Of a DNA stretch of 13,121 nt, positions 7,221 to 13,121 are shown piece after piece. Below the pieces are notes generated by a model. It ran no database searches. It saw nothing but the letters and a program-made list of their open reading frames with translations, and was not told the DNA's origin. The position numbers and the translations under genes are program-made. The stretch is taken from positions 1-13,121 of the forward strand of contig JABCSY010000109.1 in assembly GCA_018238625.1 (NCBI GenBank). Direction: 5' to 3'. Every line of letters starts with the position of its first letter. Position 1 is the stretch's first letter. Source of the stretch: Promethearchaeota archaeon. Its GTDB lineage: Archaea > Asgardarchaeota > Lokiarchaeia > Sigyniarchaeales > SOKP01.

Positions 7221-8138
7221 ATGGCGAAGAAAATTATAATTGTTGGATCAGAAGGTTTTATAGGAAAATCTTTTGTAGATTATTATAAGCGCTTAGACGA
7301 TTCAAACATAGAATTATACCTCGTAGATATTGTTCCGATTAAAAAAAATAATTATTATAATGCTAACGCTTCAAATTTTGAAAAGATAAATAAAATTATT
7401 CAAAAGATTAGCCCTGATGAAATTTATAATTTTAGTGGAAGTTTCAGTAATGTATTTAAAACGGATTATCAAAACAATGTTATAGCTACAAAGAACATTA
7501 TTGAATCAATTCTACTAAATAATCTTGATGAATGCAAAATTTTAATAAATGGCTCAGCAGCAGAGTATGGGCTTATTCAAAAAGAGGATTCCATCATTAA
7601 TGAAGATTATCCGTTAAATCCTATTAGCTTCTATGGATTATCAAAAGTATTTCAAACGTATTTAGCAAAAACCTATTTTCTAATGGATGATATCAACATT
7701 TATATCACGAGACCTTTTAACATTATTGGCTATGGAATTTCATCAAAGTTATTTATTGGACGATTAATAAACGAAATAAAATTAAATATTAAAGAAAAGA
7801 GAAAAATTACTTTAGGAAATCTTAGTAACGAAAGAGATTACATAGATATTGAAGATTTAATAAGCGCTTACGTAAAAATTATTCGTAAGGGCGTACCTGG
7901 AGAAATATACAACATAGGTTCTCGAAGTTCTATTAAAACGCAGAATTTATTGAAGAAATTTATAGAAATCTTTGAAATAGACGAGAAATATATTGAGATA
8001 GATAAAAGTTTTATTAGGAAATTTGATATCCCGAAAATAATAGCAGATAACACTAAATTAAAAGAATTAGGATGGATAAATAAAATTTCATTGGAAAATT
8101 CTATACAAAAAATAAAGAGCAGCATATTAGGTTTATAA
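7221..8138 (+). CDS. Extended SDR epimerase/reductase, Rmd (GDP-4-keto-6-deoxyhexose reductase)-like
   Basis: Motifs GSEGFIG, PDEIYN, GSAAEYG, PISFYGLSK, RPFNIIG, LGNL..ERDYIDIED and GEIYNIGS; 305 aa. SDR membership is secure, the Rmd-like call less so. Confidence 0.8.
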   Translation: MAKKIIIVGSEGFIGKSFVDYYKRLDDSNIELYLVDIVPIKKNNYYNANASNFEKINKIIQKISPDEIYNFSGSFSNVFKTDYQNNVIATKNIIESILLNNLDECKILINGSAAEYGLIQKEDSIINEDYPLNPISFYGLSKVFQTYLAKTYFLMDDINIYITRPFNIIGYGISSKLFIGRLINEIKLNIKEKRKITLGNLSNERDYIDIEDLISAYVKIIRKGVPGEIYNIGSRSSIKTQNLLKKFIEIFEIDEKYIEIDKSFIRKFDIPKIIADNTKLKELGWINKISLENSIQKIKSSILGL

Positions 8139-8167
8139 TCTTTAATTAAAGGAGAAATCAGATTAGT

Positions 8168-9007
8168 GTGAAATGTAAATTTTGTAATTCAGAGCAAACA
8201 AAAGAATTTCTACATCTAACATCACCCCATAATAGACAAATTTATATATTATATGAATGTCAGAATTGTTTAAGCCGTTTTTTTGACATAAATCAACACC
8301 ATATTTCAATTGAAGAGTTATATGAAGAGATTGCAACAGATAATTCAAATTTATCAAGAAGATTCTCCCCAACGCCATATTGGGAACAGCAAAAAAGAAT
8401 TGTTTTAGAACTATTAAAAACCCCACTAACTTCAATATTAGACGTAGGGTGTAGAACAGGAGACTTTTTGTTGCATTTTAAAGGTGATCATATAAAAGAA
8501 GGTATTGAAATATCTAATTATTGTTCTGAAATAGCTCAACAAAGAGGGTTAAATGTTTATAATGATTCTCTTGAAAATATTAAATTTGATAAAAAATATG
8601 ATGTAGTCTCTGCTTTCGCAATCATAGAGCATTTAATTGATCCCATTCAATTTTTAGATAAACTAAAATCTCTTGTGAACATCGGAGGATTATTGATTGT
8701 CTTAATTCCTACGTTCGAATGTTTAAAAGTAAAAGTTCTAACTAAATTGAATATTGGTTGGCATATGTATCGTCCACCAGAACATCTTAATTTTTTCTCA
8801 GAAAAGTTCTTGGATTCTTATTTGAGAGCAAATGGTTACAGATTAATCAGAAGGAATTATACCTCTGGAGGGATGTTTAATCCAGTAAGAAAAATTCCTA
8901 TACTGAATAGTATTTTTAATAGAGTCATGTTCTATTTCAATAAATCTCGACTGAATAGATTACCTATATTTGATCATTCATACAGTTATTATCAAAAGAT
9001 TGAATAA
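8168..9007 (+). CDS. Class I SAM-dependent methyltransferase with N-terminal CxxC...CxxC Zn ribbon
   Basis: CKFC...CQNC, ILDVGCRTG, YDVVSAFAIIEHL.DP, GGLLIVLIP and PPEHLNFFS. GTG start, with AAGGAG at 8149-8154. Confidence 0.9.
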   Translation: MKCKFCNSEQTKEFLHLTSPHNRQIYILYECQNCLSRFFDINQHHISIEELYEEIATDNSNLSRRFSPTPYWEQQKRIVLELLKTPLTSILDVGCRTGDFLLHFKGDHIKEGIEISNYCSEIAQQRGLNVYNDSLENIKFDKKYDVVSAFAIIEHLIDPIQFLDKLKSLVNIGGLLIVLIPTFECLKVKVLTKLNIGWHMYRPPEHLNFFSEKFLDSYLRANGYRLIRRNYTSGGMFNPVRKIPILNSIFNRVMFYFNKSRLNRLPIFDHSYSYYQKIE

Positions 9008-9022
9008 AGATTGACAAATTTG

Positions 9023-10672
9023 CTAAGAATCTTCATTTCTATAAGTTAATCTTTTAAACATCATTAAAAATTTCCTAATAAGATTTAATTTTTTATTTTC
9101 TCCAAGAAAAGACTCTAAGAAGTCTAATTCAATAGAAGAGAATGTTTTAAATACTATTGTTAGGAATATATATAATCCAGAAAATGTAATTAATGCAAGT
9201 ATCTCTAATTCATTAAAAAATGACAAATTTAATTGTTGAGTGAAAGCGTGTCGCAGACTATTAAACACAAAAATTTCTAAAATAATTGCTATCCCTAAAG
9301 AAAGGAAAAATATGAAGTACTGAGAGAAGATTTTGAGAGAGTTTAATTTTACTTTCCCAATTTTGATGCAAAAATAGATTTGAAAGAGAAATGTTACGAA
9401 ATTAGCAAAGATCAAGCCATATATGGCCCCTACTATTCCTAGATTTAATAAACCTATTAGAAACGATGGAATGATTATTAGTAGATTAAAAAAAGTATTG
9501 AAAGGAAGAAATTTACCTTTATTTCTCGCATTTAATAACGGTATGAAAAGGTTGTTTAAAACAGTGAATATTATTGTAATAGAATAAATTTTAATTAAAT
9601 ACGAAAAAATCAAGTAAGATTCTCCAAATACAATAAAAAGAAAGAAATCTGATAAAAATATAAGAATTCCAGTTAACAATAATAATAGAAATAATGAAAA
9701 CTTAAGTGTGGTATTAAAAACAATATTTATTTGCTTTCTCTCTTTTTTAGCTTCAAGTCTGGATAAAGAAGTTGTCAGAGGAGAAGTTATAGAGGTTACA
9801 GCACTAGTAGATATGCTAGAATAATTTATAGCGATGTTATAACCAGTAACTAAATCAGTAGTCTCATACGACCCGATTAATTGAACTCGGATCTGTTTCC
9901 AAATTTCATTCATCAGAATAGCTATACTTAAAGGGGTCCCATATCTGGTGATTTTTGAGATATTTTCCTTGAGAGAATTTTTTTCTTCTTCACTATCTTC
10001 AATTTTACGATACAAATTATAAAAAATAAAGCAACTAATCAAAAAGGGAATTAATGAGGAAAGCATATTAATTAAAGCAATTGATTCAATCGTTACTGCA
10101 CCAACTATAAATAAGTAAAAAATAAGAGCAACGGTATTGAAAGAATATCTGATGATTGTCAACACTAAAATTATTTTATATTTAAAAAAACCTTGATATA
10201 CAGAAATTAATACCGTGCTTAGTCCTTCAGTAATAATGATTGGAGCTAAAATTAACAAAAGATTTGTATGAGTTCCTAAACTATAAGAAAAAAAAGAACT
10301 GTAGAATAAAAAGATTAGATAGCTAAGAATGCCTATCGTCAATGTAAATAATATTTTTAGATAAAGAGAATTTTTTATAAGTGATTTTAATTTATTATTT
10401 TGATTTAAGACTAAATATCTTGGAATGTAATAATTTAAAGCGAAAGTTAACGCAGGAGGAAAAAAAGTTAAAAGTATTGAAATAATAAATATAATGGAGG
10501 TTGCCAAGATTAGATAACCCCATAACTCTTTGGAAAGTAATCGCGCTAATAAGAAAGAAATTATAATTTGGAAAATAAATGTTCCATAGCTATTAAAAAT
10601 GGAGAATAATGCATTAGTTGCAAATTTTTTATGATCCTCCCGGATAACCTCATCATTAGTATCTTCATTCAT
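9023..10672 (-). CDS. Wzx/MOP-superfamily oligosaccharide flippase
   Basis: 549 aa with about 14 hydrophobic segments; LARLLSKELWG, ITRYGTPL, VTGYNIA, FGESY and LGIVGAIYG. Confidence 0.92.
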   Translation of the reverse strand: MNEDTNDEVIREDHKKFATNALFSIFNSYGTFIFQIIISFLLARLLSKELWGYLILATSIIFIISILLTFFPPALTFALNYYIPRYLVLNQNNKLKSLIKNSLYLKILFTLTIGILSYLIFLFYSSFFSYSLGTHTNLLLILAPIIITEGLSTVLISVYQGFFKYKIILVLTIIRYSFNTVALIFYLFIVGAVTIESIALINMLSSLIPFLISCFIFYNLYRKIEDSEEEKNSLKENISKITRYGTPLSIAILMNEIWKQIRVQLIGSYETTDLVTGYNIAINYSSISTSAVTSITSPLTTSLSRLEAKKERKQINIVFNTTLKFSLFLLLLLTGILIFLSDFFLFIVFGESYLIFSYLIKIYSITIIFTVLNNLFIPLLNARNKGKFLPFNTFFNLLIIIPSFLIGLLNLGIVGAIYGLIFANFVTFLFQIYFCIKIGKVKLNSLKIFSQYFIFFLSLGIAIILEIFVFNSLRHAFTQQLNLSFFNELEILALITFSGLYIFLTIVFKTFSSIELDFLESFLGENKKLNLIRKFLMMFKRLTYRNEDS

Positions 10673-10720
10673 TTTTAACTACATCCTATTAATTATTATT
10701 ATTAATTTAGTTTGATTTCT

Positions 10721-10730
10721 AAATAAAAAA
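10721..10730 (-). terminator. Possible archaeal oligo-T terminator after the methyltransferase
   Basis: Minus strand TGA is followed immediately by TTTTTTATTT; weak evidence in such AT-rich DNA. Confidence 0.25.
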
Positions 10731-11519
10731 TCAATTAGGTTTCTCTCCCCAAAATATTACTGCCCAGCCAAAATAATCCCAAAAACCATTATGTTGTAAA
10801 AAAGGTTTAGTGAAAAAGTTTATCAATTTAGATAACGGTAAATAAAAAAACATATGACTAAATGTAGCAGCTTTAATTTTCAAATTGATATAACCTGTTT
10901 TTTTTAAAGAATTTAATAATAATTTAGGATTAAATGCAGCTTCATCCTCTAATTCACCATATACATTTTTAGATAACTTTTTAAGCGGTCTTGTAAAAGC
11001 GCATAATGGGTAAAAGATAGATGGTTCAAGAATTATAAGCTTTCCTCCTGGTTTCAGAATTCTGTAAAATTCTTCTAAAAAGGGGTGAAAACCTATTGAT
11101 AATAGGTGATGAAAAAATAGGGGGCTTGCTATAAAATCAAAATATTCGGACGGGTATCCCGATTCTAAAATATCTCCTTCTTTAACTTCCATTGAATCTG
11201 GACAATTATCAATGGCGATAGGAGAAAGGTCAATTCCATAGATTTTATCTGAAAATTCTTTCAAGTAAGTGTAATCATCACCACTTCCGCAAGGAGCTAT
11301 AAGCATTTTTGTAACTTTTTGGTGTTTAAGTTGCTCGCGAATAAAAGAGTTCATTTGCCATTTAGCAAATGAAAAGCTGTACCTTCTTCGCTCGACTGAG
11401 AAAAAAATTTTGGATGTTAGGATGCTTTTTAATAATTTTTGTTTTTGCTCAGTATTTCGTGGCCCATGCCACGCTTTTTCTCTTTTTTTCTTATCCTCAT
11501 ACTTTTTTCTATTTATCAT
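10731..11519 (-). CDS. Class I SAM-dependent methyltransferase
   Basis: Motif I variant MLIAPCGSG, IYGIDLS, EGDI, FDFI...FFHHL and RILKPGGKLIILEP; 262 aa. Confidence 0.9.
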   Translation of the reverse strand: MINRKKYEDKKKREKAWHGPRNTEQKQKLLKSILTSKIFFSVERRRYSFSFAKWQMNSFIREQLKHQKVTKMLIAPCGSGDDYTYLKEFSDKIYGIDLSPIAIDNCPDSMEVKEGDILESGYPSEYFDFIASPLFFHHLLSIGFHPFLEEFYRILKPGGKLIILEPSIFYPLCAFTRPLKKLSKNVYGELEDEAAFNPKLLLNSLKKTGYINLKIKAATFSHMFFYLPLSKLINFFTKPFLQHNGFWDYFGWAVIFWGEKPN

Positions 11520-11536
11520 TACGACTCATACTATAA

Positions 11537-12727
11537 TTAAAGTGAATATTGTACCATTTTATATAAGTTATGGTGCGAAATTGCACATTTCTTCCAAGTA
11601 TAATATTTTTTTACTCGTTGGTAACCTTTTTCTCCCAATTCTTTTAGCCTCTTTTCGTCGTCCAATAGACTATTAATCAAATTACTTAACTCGGGAATGC
11701 TTTTAAAATCTGAAGTAAATCCGGTTTCTCCATTTATGATAATCTCACTTGGACCTAAAATATTAGATCCTATTACGGGTTTTCGACAAGCCATCGCCTC
11801 ACATAAAACTAACCCAAAAATTTCTTGTCTTGAAGGATAAATAACTAAATCAGCCATCGAGTAATATGGTGGTAAATTGTTCTTAGATATGAATCCTGTT
11901 AAGATTACGTCATTAGTTAAGTTATATTTCTTAATTAATATTTTTATAGTTGAGAGGAATCCTCCATCATTGCCAACAATTACTAATTTTGCATCTTTAT
12001 GTTCTTTTTTTACGTTAGAAAATACATGTATTAACATGTCAACACCTTTACCTTTTGCGATGCGCCCTACATACAAGATAATTTTAGAAGATTCTAATCC
12101 AAGTTTTGATTTTAATTGATTTGAATCCACAAGCTTAAATATTTCCGTATTGACGCCATGGGGAATAAAATGTATGTGATCGTCGTCAGCGCCATATTCC
12201 TTAATAATTGGTATCTCCATTTTGGTAACGGCTATGTAATGTGGTTTCAAGTATTTTTTAAGATATCCAATGGTTTTATCAGAAATCATTTTTGGAATTT
12301 TATCTCTATAATCCCAGTTTATACTGATTCCTCCGTGCGGAGAAATTATCAGTGGTTTTTTTTTGACAAGCGAGACAATTAATCCGTTATCTTCTTGAAA
12401 GCTTCTTAAAGAATGGGAATGGACAATATCAATATTTTTTTCATTCTTTAAAAGGAAGGGTAGTAGCTTAAACGAAGTTCTATATTCCCTAAATTTTAAG
12501 TAAGAATCAAAACGATAAATTTTGAAATTCTTGCTTTTTTCTTCGAAAAACTCGGTTCTTGCCCGTCCAAATTTCCGAATAGCTGATGTAGTATATATAC
12601 TAGTGGAAATACCTTTTTGCTCTAGAATTGGAGCAAGTTCCATTATAACATTGTATGGTCCGCCTAACTTTCCAGTGAAAAACGGAGTTAACATCGCAAC
12701 ATTAATCATAAGACCTTGGTTCTCCAA
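11537..12727 (-). CDS. GT4-family glycosyltransferase
   Basis: Motifs GGP, DIVHSH, ISPHG, IPHGVN, ILYVGRIAKGKG, YPSRQEIFGLVLCEAMACRKPVIG (E-x7-E) and YTW. TTG start, with an alternative ATG six codons later. Confidence 0.95.
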   Translation of the reverse strand: MENQGLMINVAMLTPFFTGKLGGPYNVIMELAPILEQKGISTSIYTTSAIRKFGRARTEFFEEKSKNFKIYRFDSYLKFREYRTSFKLLPFLLKNEKNIDIVHSHSLRSFQEDNGLIVSLVKKKPLIISPHGGISINWDYRDKIPKMISDKTIGYLKKYLKPHYIAVTKMEIPIIKEYGADDDHIHFIPHGVNTEIFKLVDSNQLKSKLGLESSKIILYVGRIAKGKGVDMLIHVFSNVKKEHKDAKLVIVGNDGGFLSTIKILIKKYNLTNDVILTGFISKNNLPPYYSMADLVIYPSRQEIFGLVLCEAMACRKPVIGSNILGPSEIIINGETGFTSDFKSIPELSNLINSLLDDEKRLKELGEKGYQRVKKYYTWKKCAISHHNLYKMVQYSL

Positions 12728-12738
12728 TAAATTCTATA

Positions 12739-13121
12739 TTAACTTAATTGTTTCTTTTCTTTAATCAAATCAAACATTATTTTTTTCAAATCTTTCATAA
12801 TATTTGGCCACATATAATGTTTCTTAATTAATTCGTAGCCTTGTAGACCGAGATTTCTTAATTTTTCTTTTTCTTTTGTTAGATCTCTAATTTTTTCCAC
12901 TAACTCTTTTTGGTTTTGAGCAAAGATCACTCCGTTGTTTTTTCCTATTTCGCGAACGACACTTGGTAAGCTAGTTGATAAAACAGGTTTTTTCATTGCC
13001 ATATATTCCATTACTTTTACAGGAGTAATGTCTTTTGTAACGTCGTTGAGTTCAAAACTCATTAGGCATAAATCTGCTAATTCAATGTACTCTGTAATTT
13101 CGAAAAATGGAACTTTGCCCG
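12739..13121 (-). CDS. GT4-family glycosyltransferase, C-terminal part (5' end outside the window)
   Basis: The frame stays open past the track's ATG to the edge: GKVPFFEITEYIELADLCLMSFELNDVTKDITPVKVMEYMAMKKPVLST...YMW, a 'PxKxxEYMAxxKPV' GT4 subtype. Confidence 0.9.
   Translation of the reverse strand, partial: GKVPFFEITEYIELADLCLMSFELNDVTKDITPVKVMEYMAMKKPVLSTSLPSVVREIGKNNGVIFAQNQKELVEKIRDLTKEKEKLRNLGLQGYELIKKHYMWPNIMKDLKKIMFDLIKEKKQLS

Noticed and set aside
8140-8151. 12-bp palindrome CTTTAATTAAAG overlapping the SD
   Set aside because: Nearly all A/T, expected by chance at this composition, and no exact second copy noticed.
4349-8435. Short antisense ORFs (4349-4546, 6262-6540, 6858-7190, 7868-8125, 8163-8435)
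   Set aside because: Shadows of well-supported genes on the opposite strand.
10688-10706. (TAT)n tract with ATTAAT ends upstream of the flippase
   Set aside because: Low-complexity and too short to claim as a phase-variable repeat.
11410-12764. Plus-strand ORFs 11410-11676, 11877-12119, 12158-12382 and 12522-12764
   Set aside because: Antisense shadows of the GT4 and methyltransferase genes.
1-13121. CRISPR array, tRNA/rRNA, defence or recoding systems
   Set aside because: No regularly spaced repeats or RNA-gene signatures were seen, and intact genes read normally in the standard code.

Overview
AT-rich, probably archaeal glycan-biosynthesis region with no rRNA, tRNA or CRISPR. From ~2.0 kb to the right edge it is a dense cluster in three alternating strand blocks. 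Minus block: two GT4 glycosyltransferases (one cut by the window edge), a SAM methyltransferase and a Wzx/MOP flippase. Plus block: a LegB-type 4,6-dehydratase, an Rmd-like SDR reductase and a Zn-ribbon SAM methyltransferase. Second minus block: a GT4 enzyme, then an FnlC/QnlB-type 2-epimerase, a PseB/FnlA-type dehydratase and an RmlD-like reductase, the gene set for an L-6-deoxy-N-acetylhexosamine such as L-QuiNAc. At ~2000-2025 the RmlD-like gene breaks off and is joined out of frame to the 3' end of an unrelated flippase. Left of this junction the DNA is somewhat more GC-rich and holds a decayed transposase fragment, a GC-rich hairpin and another flippase that the ORF track missed (1049 to the left edge). 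From recollection of protein style only, the right part looks Lokiarchaeia/Asgard-like and the left part Methanosarcinales/ANME-like. The junction is therefore either an assembly chimera or a real recombination scar. I see no clearly new class of system. The best leads are the junction and the two unusual sugar-nucleotide modules.
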